A stretch of DNA of 64,000 nt from an uncultured Gammaproteobacteria bacterium (GTDB lineage: Bacteria; Patescibacteriota; Patescibacteriia; UBA11705; DATKZF01). The position numbers were made by a program, and so were the translations under genes. Below, piece by piece: positions 26,512 through 36,958 of the stretch. The stretch spans positions 13,093-77,092 of the forward strand of contig CAYPKD010000004.1 in the NCBI GenBank assembly GCA_964411255.1, read 5' to 3'. How positions within the stretch are numbered: position 1 is the stretch's first letter; each line of letters begins with the position of its first letter. The notes under the pieces were generated by a model. That model was not told the DNA's origin and ran no database searches. It was given only the letters and a program-made list of their open reading frames with translations.

Positions 26512-27519
26512 ATGAGAGAAGCAATAAATTGGAAGGAATCAAAAAAGGATCAGATAAAATGTTTTAATTGCCAGCACGGATGTTTGATCAGTCCTGATAA
26601 AATTGGCTTTTGCCAGGTCAGGAAAAATATTGATAATAAACTTTTTAGTTTGAATTATGGTAGAATAATTTCTCAAAACATAGATCCGATTGAAAAAAAA
26701 CCGCTTTTCCACTTTTTGCCAGGCACACTCTCCTACTCTATTGCCAGCGTTGGCTGCAATTTTAGATGCCTTCATTGCCAGAATTATTCAATTTCTCAGC
26801 CAGGTCCGCTTGATGAAATGCCTGGAGAGGAAGTTGCTCCTTGGCAAATTGTAAATTCTGCAAAAAGTATGAATTGCAGAAGTATTGCTTATACCTATAC
26901 TGAGCCGACAATATATATTGAATATGCGCTTGAAGTTATGAAAAAAGCAAAAGAAGAAGGATTGAAAAATATCTGGGTTTCAAATGGCTATTTTACAAAA
27001 GAGACTTTTGAAATAATTGAGCCTTATTTAGATGCCATCAATATTGATCTAAAATTTTTTAATGAAGAAAATTATGAAAAGGTTTGCGGAGCAAAATTAA
27101 AACATGTAAAGGACAGTTTACGGCGGGTAGCTAAATCAGATGTTCATTTGGAAGTAACTACCTTATTGATCCCTGGATTGAATGATTCTGATAAAGAAAT
27201 TTCATTAATGGCAAAATTCATACGGTTTGACTTAGGAAATAAAATACCTTGGCACTTAACTGCTTTTTATCCAACACATAAAATGGATAATATTCCGCCA
27301 ACCTCAGAAAAAACAATATTAACTGCAATTCAAATTGCTAAAGAAAATGATATTCAATACGTATATGCTGGTAATTTAAAAACATCTGAGCATGAAAATA
27401 CGTATTGCGCAGAATGCGGCGCTTTATTAATATCAAGAAAGGGATATGTTATTGAAGAAAATTATAGAAATAATAAGAAATGTCCAAAGTGCGGGGCTGC
27501 CTTACCTTTTACTCTATAG
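26512..27519 (+). CDS. radical SAM enzyme of the AmmeMemoRadiSam type (PflA-like activase family)
   Basis: N-terminal Cys cluster (CFNCQHGCLISPDKIGFCQVR). ..DPIEKKPLFHFLPG.. Radical SAM CxxxCxxC-like motif (VGCNFRCLHCQNY). C-terminal zinc ribbon (CAECG..CPKCG). Confidence 0.75.
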   Translation: MREAINWKESKKDQIKCFNCQHGCLISPDKIGFCQVRKNIDNKLFSLNYGRIISQNIDPIEKKPLFHFLPGTLSYSIASVGCNFRCLHCQNYSISQPGPLDEMPGEEVAPWQIVNSAKSMNCRSIAYTYTEPTIYIEYALEVMKKAKEEGLKNIWVSNGYFTKETFEIIEPYLDAINIDLKFFNEENYEKVCGAKLKHVKDSLRRVAKSDVHLEVTTLLIPGLNDSDKEISLMAKFIRFDLGNKIPWHLTAFYPTHKMDNIPPTSEKTILTAIQIAKENDIQYVYAGNLKTSEHENTYCAECGALLISRKGYVIEENYRNNKKCPKCGAALPFTL

Positions 27520-27612
27520 ATCGATGCAAATATACCCTTCGACTAAGCTCAGGGCAGGCGAATGAATACTGATTATACTAATAAAGCGGGTGTGTTAATA
27601 GAAATAAAAATT

Positions 27613-27849
27613 CAAAATTAATTCATCCTGAGTTATCATATATTTTAACTGGGATTTGTTTTAATGTACATCATGAATTGGGTAGATATTGTAGAGAAAA
27701 ACAATATTGTGATTTGCTTGATCACAAGTTAAATGAAATAAAATTACCATTTAAAAGAGAGTTCAACATCATTGATACGGGGAATATAATTGATTTTTTG
27801 ATAGCTAATAAAATAATAATTGAAGTAAAAGCAAAACAATTTATATAAA
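27613..27849 (+). pseudogene. remnant of a PD-(D/E)xK-type nuclease-like gene (no start codon)
   Basis: Open frame without an ATG. Ends ..IDTGNIIDFLIANKIIIEVKAKQFI*, a D..E-x-K-like core. Adjacent to a degenerate copy of the hairpin repeat at about 27530-27570. Confidence 0.25.
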
Positions 27850-28032
27850 AGCTGATTACTATCAAGTGCAAAGATCTTTATAGGCTTCAAATGAAAATTA
27901 GCTTTGTTTGTGAATTTCAGAAATAGATATTTAAAGCCTATACGTGTTATAAGAATTGACACAGATGCCAAAAATAAATTTATATAGTATTCATTCGTAT
28001 CATTGGCATAATTAGTATATTAGCATCGACAT

Positions 28033-28551
28033 ATGCATTGGAAAAAACAAAATGAAAAATTGGTTTATGACGGTTATCGTAAGATTTTACGAAGAACGTA
28101 TAAACTTCCAGATGACAGATTAGATGACTATGATGTGAATAAAGAATGCCAGGTTGTTTGTATTTTAGCGATGACAGAAAATCAGGAAATTATCTTTGCT
28201 AAGCAATTTAGACCAGGACCGGAAAAAGTATTACTTGAACTGCCCGGTGGTGCAATTGAAGAAAATGAAACGCCTGTTCAAGCAGCTGAGCGTGAGTTAA
28301 AAGAAGAAACAGGCTATTGTGGAGAGCTCAAATTAGTTGGCACGACTGTCGGTGGAGGCTATTCAACAATGATTCGGTTTAATTTTGTGGCAACAAATTG
28401 TAAATGTGTTCAATCCCCCAGTCCTGATAAAAATGAATTCATCCAAATTGAAAAAATGAACATTGAAGATTTCAGAAAACATTTACAGCGAGGGCAGTTA
28501 ACTGATGTGGCCACTGGATATTTAGGATTGGATTATTTAGATTTGTTATAA
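28033..28551 (+). CDS. NUDIX hydrolase (ADP-ribose pyrophosphatase-like)
   Basis: Nudix box LPGGAIEENETPVQAAERELKEETGY. Confidence 0.85.
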   Translation: MHWKKQNEKLVYDGYRKILRRTYKLPDDRLDDYDVNKECQVVCILAMTENQEIIFAKQFRPGPEKVLLELPGGAIEENETPVQAAERELKEETGYCGELKLVGTTVGGGYSTMIRFNFVATNCKCVQSPSPDKNEFIQIEKMNIEDFRKHLQRGQLTDVATGYLGLDYLDLL

Positions 28552-28602
28552 CAATTTGAGCAAAATAAAAATCACTAATATTTATCAGTGATTTTTTATT
28601 AT

Positions 28603-29064
28603 TTATGATGCAATCATCATAACATCACCACGAATTTTATTTTCATCCATTAATCGTTCCATATCGTCAATTAATGAATCAGGAGCTCCGCTATCTATAG
28701 TTATATCGCCGCCGACATAAATATCATTTGGCATATGTTTTATTGACGTGTATTTCATTTCTATATCCCTTTCAACATGCAGGCCTGCTGGTAACCTTTT
28801 TAAATCTTCAGCATAGCTAATAATTAAATCTCTGCGGATATGTAAATTTGGCGGCAGCATTTGTATTTCGGGATTTAATTCCAGGTCGCCATTTACTATA
28901 ATTTTTCCTTCCTGTAAAGTTACTTTATCTAGAAATTTATTAATATCTTTTTCATCAAAAAAACCGTTTGATTCTTGAGCCCATTTTTTTAAGGACTTCA
29001 TATCAGGAATTTTCTTGGGTTCAGCTGATTCGATTTTTCCTGGTTCTTTTTCCATATTATTCAT
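28603..29064 (-). CDS. stand-alone homolog of the paralog family C-terminal repeat domain (lacks the conserved N-terminal module)
   Basis: ..LPPNLHIRRDLIISYAEDLKRLPAGLHVERDIEMKYTSIKHMPNDIYVGGDITI.. and tail ..ENKIRGDVMMIAS, matching the family LP repeats and GKIKGDV cap. Confidence 0.6.
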   Translation of the reverse strand: MNNMEKEPGKIESAEPKKIPDMKSLKKWAQESNGFFDEKDINKFLDKVTLQEGKIIVNGDLELNPEIQMLPPNLHIRRDLIISYAEDLKRLPAGLHVERDIEMKYTSIKHMPNDIYVGGDITIDSGAPDSLIDDMERLMDENKIRGDVMMIAS

Positions 29065-29263
29065 TAATTATGTGTTAAATATTGATATTTTTATTATATA
29101 GCAATGCAAAAAAAAACAACAGTTGACAGATTTTTTTTATTTGGTACAATAAATTAGCAGTCTCGTACTTCGAGTGCTAAAAACAGATCAACGGATCGCA
29201 ACAGATTCAACTGATATTAATTAATTTCCGTTGTATCCGTTGTTGATCTGTGGATCCGTAATT

Positions 29264-31894
29264 ATGAATATAAACAAATTAACTATCAAATCTCAAGAAG
29301 CTTTGCAAAGCGCGCAAAACACCTCTTTTGAGTATAAAAATGCTCAGCTTGACGTGCTGCATTTGCTTTTTGCTTTACTAAAACAAAAAGACAGTATTGT
29401 CCTTACAATTCTAAAAAAACTTGATAAAGACACTGAAAAAATTATTAAGAAAACAGAATCAACATTACGTCAATTGCCTAAGGGAGAAATGCCCCAAGCT
29501 CAGGGACAGCTTTATGTCTCCCCTGCCTTGAATTATGTAATGGCAAATTCAGAACAAGTGGCTGAAAGTTTAGGAGATGAATTTGTCAGTACAGAACATT
29601 TATTCTTAACCCTGATCCAGGTAGAAAGCCAGGCAGCAGATATATTGGCGGAAAATGGTTTAAAATACGAAGATGTATTAAAAATTTTATCAGAAGTTAG
29701 AGGCGCTCAAAAAGTAACTGACCCAGATCCTGAAAGTAAATATCAGGTTTTGGAAAAATATACTATAAATTTAACAGAGGAAGCCAGGCAGGAAAAGCTA
29801 GATCCGGTTATAGGCAGAAATGATGAAATCAGAAGAGTGCTGCAAGTTCTATCTCGCAGAACAAAAAACAATCCTGTTTTAATTGGTGAACCTGGGACAG
29901 GTAAAACCGCTATTGCAGAAGGCTTGGCTCAAAGAATCGTATCTGGAGATGTGCCTGAAAATCTAAAAAATAAAGAAGTCATTTCCTTAGATTTGGGTTC
30001 CTTAATTGCTGGTACAAAGTTTAGGGGTGAATTTGAAGACAGATTAAAAGCGGTTTTAAAAGAAATTCAAAAAAATTCAGATAAATTCATTGTCTTTATT
30101 GATGAGCTTCATACAATTGTCGGCGCTGGTGCCACTGAAGGAGCAATGGATGCTTCTAATTTATTAAAACCAGCCTTGGCCAGGGGTGAACTTCGCTGTG
30201 TTGGCGCAACAACCATTAAAGAATATCGAAAGCATATTGAAAAAGATGCAGCGCTAGAGCGAAGATTTCAGCCTGTGTTAGTTGTGGAGCCTTCAATTGA
30301 AGATACGATCGCAATTTTGCGTGGCATTAAAGAAAAATATGAAGTCCATCATGGAGTAAGGATTACAGATGATGCTATTGTTTCAGCTGCAAATTTATCT
30401 CAAAGGTATATTACTGAAAGATTTTTACCTGATAAGGCGATTGATTTAATTGATGAAGCTACTTCAGCTCTCCGAATTGAATTAAATAGTATGCCAGATG
30501 ATTTGGACCAATTACAAAGAAAGATTAAGACTTTGGAAATTGAAAAACAGGCATTAAGTCAGGAGAAAAATGATGAATCAAAACAAAAGCTAAAAGAATT
30601 GGAAAAACAGCTTGAGGAATTAAAAGAGCAGTCAAACCAGCTTGAAATTCATTGGAAGAAAGAAAAAGAAATCATTTCAAAAATTCAGGGTGCTAATAAA
30701 GATATAGACAAATTAAAGCAGGAAGCTGATATTTTAGAAAGAAAGTCTGAATTTGATAAAGTGGCTGAGATCCGTTATGGGAAAATTCCTGAATTAGAAA
30801 AAGAAATTGAAACGCAAAAGCAACGTTTGGCAAAAGTTCAGACAGGCCCTGGCGGAAAGCAAATATTAAAGGAAGAAGTAACAGCTGAAGATATTGCTTC
30901 AGTTGTTGCTAAATGGACAGGTATTCCTGTAACAAAGATGCTTAAGTCTGAAATCGAAAAATTAGCAGATGCTGAAAAAGAATTGGAAAAGCGGGTTGTT
31001 GGTCAAAAAGAGGCAATAAAAGCTGTCTCAAACGCGTTGAGACGTTCACGGGCAGGTCTATCAGAGGAATCAAGACCGATTGGCTCATTTATATTTATGG
31101 GACCAACAGGTGTTGGTAAAACGGAGCTTGCAAAGGCTTTAGCAGAATTCATGTTTAATGATGAAAATGCTTTAATTAGAGTTGATATGTCGGAATACAT
31201 GGAAAAGCATTCTGTTTCTAAATTTATTGGTTCACCTCCTGGTTATATTGGTCATGATGAAGGCGGTCAATTAACTGAATCTGTTAGAAGACGCCCATAT
31301 TCTGTGGTATTGTTTGATGAAATTGAAAAAGCTCATCCAGATGTGTTTAATTCATTGCTTCAATTGTTAGATGATGGCAGATTGACTGATTCAAAAGGCC
31401 GAGCTGTGAATTTTAAGAATACTATTATCATAATGACCTCAAATATTGGCAGTGATTTGATATTACAAATGTCACAGCAGGGTGAAATAGGTTTTGCTGA
31501 TGAGAAAGAAAAGAAACCGTCAGAAGATAATACAAAAAATAAAATTTTAGAAATGCTTAGAGAAAGGTTTAAACCAGAATTTTTAAATCGAGTGGACGAT
31601 ATTATTATGTTTGAAAGTTTGGCTAAATCTCATTTGGCAAAGATTGTAAATTTACAGCTTAAAGAGATAAAGAAAAGATTAGAAATCAAACAGATAAATC
31701 TTGAGTTTACAGATGCAATAAAAAAACATTTGGCTGATAAAGGATATGACCCAGCTTATGGGGCAAGACCTTTGAAGCGAGTGATTCAAAATGAAATTTT
31801 AGATGAATTAGCAATGAAAATAGTTACTAATGAAATTAGTGAACAAAAAAGTATTACAGTCGATTTTAGTGACAATAAAGTTATATTTGTTTAA
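29264..31894 (+). CDS. clpB: ATP-dependent chaperone ClpB (ORF extends to 29231; likely start [14 protein letters not shown])
   Basis: Clp N-domain. Two AAA+ modules (GEPGTGKT and GPTGVGKT Walker A). Long middle coiled coil. About 875 aa. Confidence 0.95.
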   Translation: MNINKLTIKSQEALQSAQNTSFEYKNAQLDVLHLLFALLKQKDSIVLTILKKLDKDTEKIIKKTESTLRQLPKGEMPQAQGQLYVSPALNYVMANSEQVAESLGDEFVSTEHLFLTLIQVESQAADILAENGLKYEDVLKILSEVRGAQKVTDPDPESKYQVLEKYTINLTEEARQEKLDPVIGRNDEIRRVLQVLSRRTKNNPVLIGEPGTGKTAIAEGLAQRIVSGDVPENLKNKEVISLDLGSLIAGTKFRGEFEDRLKAVLKEIQKNSDKFIVFIDELHTIVGAGATEGAMDASNLLKPALARGELRCVGATTIKEYRKHIEKDAALERRFQPVLVVEPSIEDTIAILRGIKEKYEVHHGVRITDDAIVSAANLSQRYITERFLPDKAIDLIDEATSALRIELNSMPDDLDQLQRKIKTLEIEKQALSQEKNDESKQKLKELEKQLEELKEQSNQLEIHWKKEKEIISKIQGANKDIDKLKQEADILERKSEFDKVAEIRYGKIPELEKEIETQKQRLAKVQTGPGGKQILKEEVTAEDIASVVAKWTGIPVTKMLKSEIEKLADAEKELEKRVVGQKEAIKAVSNALRRSRAGLSEESRPIGSFIFMGPTGVGKTELAKALAEFMFNDENALIRVDMSEYMEKHSVSKFIGSPPGYIGHDEGGQLTESVRRRPYSVVLFDEIEKAHPDVFNSLLQLLDDGRLTDSKGRAVNFKNTIIIMTSNIGSDLILQMSQQGEIGFADEKEKKPSEDNTKNKILEMLRERFKPEFLNRVDDIIMFESLAKSHLAKIVNLQLKEIKKRLEIKQINLEFTDAIKKHLADKGYDPAYGARPLKRVIQNEILDELAMKIVTNEISEQKSITVDFSDNKVIFV

Positions 31895-32050
31895 TACAAA
31901 TTTAGAAAAATCAGATTAATCCAGGTCTGGTTTTTTATTTCTGTAATACTTTTAGCAAAAAATTGTCATAATATATATATAGTCTGCATTGCAGAAAATG
32001 AATTTTTGTATTATACTTAATAAAGTAATTTATTATAAAAAATAAAAAAT

Positions 32051-33424
32051 ATGTTTAAAAAAGTATTGATTTTTGCAGTAATATTTTCATTAACTCCCCT
32101 ACCCTTTTTGAGCCGGGTTTATGCTGCTGAATTTTCGCCTGGATTTATTATTTCAGATATAGAACTTCGAGACTCTACTTCAATGGATTTGATTGATATA
32201 CAAAGTTTTTTAAATTCAAGGCCTGGCGCATTAAAAAGAATGCATTTTAAAGATGTTGACGGCGTATCCAGATCAGCTGCTGAGATCATATATCGCTCAG
32301 CCATAACATATAAAATTAATCCTAAATACTTATTAGTTACTTTGCAAAAGGAGCAAAGCTTATTGGATGATCCAGCTCCAAGCCAAAAGCAGCTTGACTG
32401 GGCCACTGGTTATGCGGTTTGTGACTCATGCTCTATGGATGATCCAGATATTCAAAAATTTAAGGGTTTTGCCAATCAAGTAGATTATGCAGCTGGAGCA
32501 AATGATTATTATTTTGCCAATGCCAACCAATTCAACTTTAAGCCAGGTGGTACATATAATATAGACGGTGAAACTGTAAATATATTTAATCAGGCAACTG
32601 CTAATTTATATATTTACACTCCTCATATTCATGGTAATTACAATTTTTGGAAATTATGGAACAGATATTTTTCTCAGAAATATCCTGACGGTTCTTTGTT
32701 ACAGGTAGATGGTGAGCCTGGGGTTTGGCTAATCGAATATGGCCAAAAAAGACCTTTTTATTCAAAGGGAGCTCTGATAAGCAGGTATGATATAAATAAT
32801 GTTATATTGGTCGACAAGAATGCGTTAAATGCATATCCTACAGGCAATCCGATTAAATATGCGCAGTATTCTTTGTTAAAAACTCCAGATGGTAAAATAT
32901 ATTTATTAGCAGATGATAAGCTTCGTCATATCATAAACATGGACGTATTTAGAACAATTGGTTTCAATATTGAAGAAGTGATTAGTATGGATGCCGGAGA
33001 GGTTTCTCTATTTAAGCCTGGAGAACCGATTACATTGAATACTGCTTATCCAGCCGGCGCCTTGTTGCAAGATAATGAAACAGGTGGTGTATATTTTGCG
33101 CAAAATGGAGTTAAAAAACCGGTTGTAAATAAATATATTCTTGAAATTAATTTTCCGCAATATAATATAACTCAGGTTTCACCTGAAGAACTGGAAAAAT
33201 TTCCTCGGGGAGAATTAGTGCAATTAAAAGACGGTATACTGATTAAATCATTTGATTCTCCAGACGTGTATGTAACCTCAAATGGAAAAAAGATTAGAAT
33301 AACCTCAGAAAAGTCATTTAATTCAATGGGATATAAATGGACTAACATACACATTATTGATCCTGTAACTTTGTTAAATACTCCGAGCGGAGGTGATCTT
33401 TCAATAGATTATTTAGAAAACTAA
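32051..33424 (+). CDS. secreted hypothetical protein (signal peptide; internal G-x-Y-(L/F)-x-x-G-K-(R/K)-x-(P/I) repeats)
   Basis: N-terminal MFKKVLIFAVIFSLTPLPFLSRVYA signal. Repeats such as GVWLIEYGQKRPF, GKIYLLADDKLRHI, GVYFAQNGVKKPV, VYVTSNGKKIRI. Confidence 0.45.
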   Translation: MFKKVLIFAVIFSLTPLPFLSRVYAAEFSPGFIISDIELRDSTSMDLIDIQSFLNSRPGALKRMHFKDVDGVSRSAAEIIYRSAITYKINPKYLLVTLQKEQSLLDDPAPSQKQLDWATGYAVCDSCSMDDPDIQKFKGFANQVDYAAGANDYYFANANQFNFKPGGTYNIDGETVNIFNQATANLYIYTPHIHGNYNFWKLWNRYFSQKYPDGSLLQVDGEPGVWLIEYGQKRPFYSKGALISRYDINNVILVDKNALNAYPTGNPIKYAQYSLLKTPDGKIYLLADDKLRHIINMDVFRTIGFNIEEVISMDAGEVSLFKPGEPITLNTAYPAGALLQDNETGGVYFAQNGVKKPVVNKYILEINFPQYNITQVSPEELEKFPRGELVQLKDGILIKSFDSPDVYVTSNGKKIRITSEKSFNSMGYKWTNIHIIDPVTLLNTPSGGDLSIDYLEN

Positions 33425-33497
33425 TAAATTTATTCTTGTAACTTGTAATATATATTTTGTATCATAAATTTGATATATGTTACATGATATATGATAC

Positions 33498-34298
33498 ATG
33501 ATCGTTATGTCATTAGAATTCGCAGCCATTGTTCCCCATCCTCCAATTATTATTCCGTCAATTGGCAAAGAAAATATTTCAAAAGTTGAAAAGACCATAA
33601 ATTCATTAAAAAAATTAAATGAGCGTCTTTTGGAAATAAAACCAGAGACGATAATAATAATTTCTCCACATGGAGAATTATATTCTGATGCTTTCAATGT
33701 AAATACAAACGCAATTTATGAGGCAGACTTTGAACAGTTTGGTGAATTTGCCACCAAGCTGACTTTTAAGCCTGATCTGGAGTTTATAAATAGGTTTAAG
33801 GAGCAGGTGGAAACAACGATCCCGGTATTTTTGTCTCAGCACGAAAATTTGGACCACGGCAGTAGTGTGCCGCTTTTTTATTTAACTCAAGGGTTAAAGG
33901 ATGTAAAAATAGTTCCGATTAATTATTGTTTGCTAAATTATCAAAAACACATTGATTTTGGTAAAGAATTAAAGGAGGCAATTTTTGACACAGAAAAAAA
34001 GATTGCTGTACTAGCTTCTGGGGATTTGTCTCACCGCTTGAGCATGACTGCTCCTGCCGGATTTTCCAAGCAGGCCAAGGAATTTGATAAAAAACTGATT
34101 AAGCTTCTGAAAGAAAGAAAAATAGAAAATATATTAAACATGGACCCGGCATTGATTGAAGAGGCTGCAGAATGCGGTTTACGGTCAATTTTAACATTGC
34201 TGGGGATTGTAAAGAATATGAATTATGATTTTGAGGTTTTATCATATGAAGCACCGTTTGGGGTTGGATATTTAGTTGGTGAATATATCTTTAAATAA
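33498..34298 (+). CDS. LigB/Memo-like class III extradiol dioxygenase-fold protein (candidate AmmeMemoRadiSam protein B)
   Basis: ..AAIVPHPPIIIP.. and ..IIIISPHG.. are typical of the LigB/DODA/Memo fold. 266 aa. Confidence 0.55.
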   Translation: MIVMSLEFAAIVPHPPIIIPSIGKENISKVEKTINSLKKLNERLLEIKPETIIIISPHGELYSDAFNVNTNAIYEADFEQFGEFATKLTFKPDLEFINRFKEQVETTIPVFLSQHENLDHGSSVPLFYLTQGLKDVKIVPINYCLLNYQKHIDFGKELKEAIFDTEKKIAVLASGDLSHRLSMTAPAGFSKQAKEFDKKLIKLLKERKIENILNMDPALIEEAAECGLRSILTLLGIVKNMNYDFEVLSYEAPFGVGYLVGEYIFK

Positions 34299-34481
34299 TA
34301 GTTTATAATTACATCCTTATTGACACAAAATATTTGTTATTCTAAATTAAAAGTGGATCGGAAAAAAAATAACCCGGCCAAACCACCGCTTCAGCCGATC
34401 CACCCTTTCTCCCTGCTTTGATATTTCAAAACAGGGTTTTTAATTTTTTTTATCACAGCATATTTATGCTACAATAAAATC

Positions 34482-36353
34482 ATGAAAAAAATTGCCAAAA
34501 TTATTCCCATCCGCAAATTACCTAGAAATTTAGAGGTATTTGATTATTTAATTCCACAAAATTTAGTTGATGAAATAAGGTCAGGAATGATTGTTTCTGT
34601 ATTATTTAAAAATGAACAGCTCTATGGTCTGGTCTATGAAATAGAAATATTAAAAACGCAGCCTAAATATAAGCTGAAAGAAATTATCCAGATAATAGAT
34701 GATAAATTAATAGCCGTTTATCAAATAAAATTAATTAAATGGTTTAGCAATTACTACCACTATTCTCTTGCATCAACAGCCAGACTTTTTGTACCAGAGA
34801 TTCCAAAACGAAAAGAACAAAAGAACAGGAAAACAGAAATCGTCCTTCGCCAAAGCTTCGGACGACGAGAACAGAAAGACATACAGGAACCAAAAGGAAT
34901 TATTGCTAAGCTGATACTGGATATAAACAAATCAAAAGAACATTTTCTGTTAATCAATCAAAATATCGACCTTGTTCATGTGCTCTATTATAATCTTATA
35001 AAATCTCATTTATTAAACGAAGAGCAGATCTTAATATTATTCCCTACTTTAGCTGAATTGAAATACTTTTATGCCAAATTAAATAAGAATATTCAGGATC
35101 AAATTTTAATTCTAGACAGTAAAAGCTATAAAACAAGTAAAAATAAATATCATGAATATTATAAGAAAATTGCCAATAATGAATCAAAAATTTTACTTGG
35201 CACCAGGTCTTCAATATTTTTTAATTTGCAAAATGTAAAAACAATTATCTTAGACCGCGCTGAAGCTGATGATTACAAGCAATGGGATCAAAGCCCGCGT
35301 TATGAAGTAAGTGAAGTCCTATTTGAACAGGCCAAACATTTAAAAGCCAAGTTGATAATTTCAGGTTTTGCTATTCGTCCAGAAACATTTTATTTTGCGC
35401 AAAAAAATAAATTTAAATTAATTACTATTGGGCAGGCTGTGCCAGAAAGGCAAATAAAGCGAGTTGAGTATTCTTCTGGAACTGAAAATTATTATTTAAC
35501 GCCAAGTCTGGATGCATTTATTAAAAAAGGTCTTCAAAAAAAAGAAAAAATTTTATTGATTGTAAATAAAAAAGGTTTTTCCAGTTCATTTAAATGTCAG
35601 GATTGTGGCTATATTGCCATTTGTCCGACCTGCGGCTTGCCATTGACAGTTTATCCGGAAAATAAATTGTTTTGTCAACATTGCTTAAAATATGAGACAA
35701 TGCCAGGACAATGTCCCAAGTGTAAAGGTGTCAGCATGAGATCAATTGGTATTGGCGCACTTGGCTTTGAGCATTTAATCAAAGAAAAATATAAAAGCGA
35801 AAATATTGTTGTTGGTCTTCCATCCGTTTATTCTACGAAATTTGAAAAATTTGATCGTGCGGCCTTTGTGTACTTTGACAGTTTGTTTTATTTGCCAGAT
35901 TTTTCGCATCCGTTTAAGGTTTATTATCTGCTTAGAAAATTTAGTCAAAAACTTTTTACTCAAAATCCAAAAATAAAAATTTTAATTCAAAGTAATTTTT
36001 TAGAAAATCATGCAGTGTCGTGTTTTAATAAACCAATACAGGAATTTTTCAAAAAAGAACTTGAAATCAGAAAACAATTAAAATATCCGCCCTACTCTGT
36101 TTTACTGAAGATAATATTCAGAGATAAAAATGATTTGCACTCAAAGCAAAATGCTGAAAAAATTTATCATAAAATTAAAAATATTGTCAAAGCCGAAGTT
36201 TCGCCACCGTTTCCGGTTTATACAAAAAAAGTCAGAGATTATTATATCTGGCAAATTGTCATAAAACTTTTTGGCATAGAAGCTGAAAATAAAATTGTGG
36301 AAAAATTACCGGGAAATGTCATTATTGACAAAAATCCAATTAATCTGTTATAA
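34482..36353 (+). CDS. priA: PriA-like primosomal protein N' with degenerate helicase motifs (Walker A and DEEH not conserved) but intact Cys-rich zinc-binding region
   Basis: N-terminal 3'-DNA-binding-like region (..LEVFDYLIPQNL..SGMIVSVLFKNEQLYGLVYEI). Where GSGKT is expected the sequence reads NQNIDLV. DEEH is replaced by DRAEAD. CQDCGYIAICPTCG..CQHC..CPKCKG is retained. Confidence 0.6.
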   Translation: MKKIAKIIPIRKLPRNLEVFDYLIPQNLVDEIRSGMIVSVLFKNEQLYGLVYEIEILKTQPKYKLKEIIQIIDDKLIAVYQIKLIKWFSNYYHYSLASTARLFVPEIPKRKEQKNRKTEIVLRQSFGRREQKDIQEPKGIIAKLILDINKSKEHFLLINQNIDLVHVLYYNLIKSHLLNEEQILILFPTLAELKYFYAKLNKNIQDQILILDSKSYKTSKNKYHEYYKKIANNESKILLGTRSSIFFNLQNVKTIILDRAEADDYKQWDQSPRYEVSEVLFEQAKHLKAKLIISGFAIRPETFYFAQKNKFKLITIGQAVPERQIKRVEYSSGTENYYLTPSLDAFIKKGLQKKEKILLIVNKKGFSSSFKCQDCGYIAICPTCGLPLTVYPENKLFCQHCLKYETMPGQCPKCKGVSMRSIGIGALGFEHLIKEKYKSENIVVGLPSVYSTKFEKFDRAAFVYFDSLFYLPDFSHPFKVYYLLRKFSQKLFTQNPKIKILIQSNFLENHAVSCFNKPIQEFFKKELEIRKQLKYPPYSVLLKIIFRDKNDLHSKQNAEKIYHKIKNIVKAEVSPPFPVYTKKVRDYYIWQIVIKLFGIEAENKIVEKLPGNVIIDKNPINLL

Positions 36354-36407
36354 TATTATATTACAAGATTACAAAATCTACCATCTTGTCTATCTCGTAA
36401 CAAAAAT

Positions 36408-36881
36408 ATGATTCTAGATATAATCACACATCCAAATGACATTCTGAGAGCTGAAAATAAGCAGATCAGCTCAGAAATGCTAAAAACTGATGATTTCAAG
36501 CAGCTTATTTTAAATATGGCTGAAACCATGCATAAAAGGGATGGAATTGGATTGGCTGCTCCTCAAATAGGAAAAAATATACAAATTTGCGTTGTAAATA
36601 CAGAAAATGGTGATTTAGTGTTAATTAACCCAAAAATAAAGAAAAAAGGCTTTGGCACAGACATTGAAGAAGAAGGATGCCTTAGTATTCCGGGCGTTTA
36701 CGGCACAGTTAAAAGAGCAAAAAAAATCAGTGTTAACGCTATTGATCCAGATGGAAACAAAATCAATTTTATTGCCAAAGGTCTTTTTGCCAGAGTAATT
36801 CAGCATGAGGTTGACCATTTAAATGGAATTTTATTTATAGACAAAGTATTACAAATTACAAAAGGCGATATTCTGAAATAA
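36408..36881 (+). CDS. def: peptide deformylase
   Basis: Motifs GIGLAAPQIG, EGCLSIPG and QHEVDHLNG. Confidence 0.95.
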   Translation: MILDIITHPNDILRAENKQISSEMLKTDDFKQLILNMAETMHKRDGIGLAAPQIGKNIQICVVNTENGDLVLINPKIKKKGFGTDIEEEGCLSIPGVYGTVKRAKKISVNAIDPDGNKINFIAKGLFARVIQHEVDHLNGILFIDKVLQITKGDILK

Positions 36882-36958
36882 TTATCAATTTACAAATTTT
36901 TAAAAAATTTTCAATATGGTAATTTTCAAGTTGTTGATAATTGAAAATTAAATAAAAT

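Noticed and set aside
36882-36958. AT-rich palindrome (TTATCAATT..TTGATAATTG) between def and fmt as a regulatory element
   Set aside because: It is entirely A/T and imperfect. It is indistinguishable from a chance low-complexity palindrome in 30% GC DNA without comparative data.
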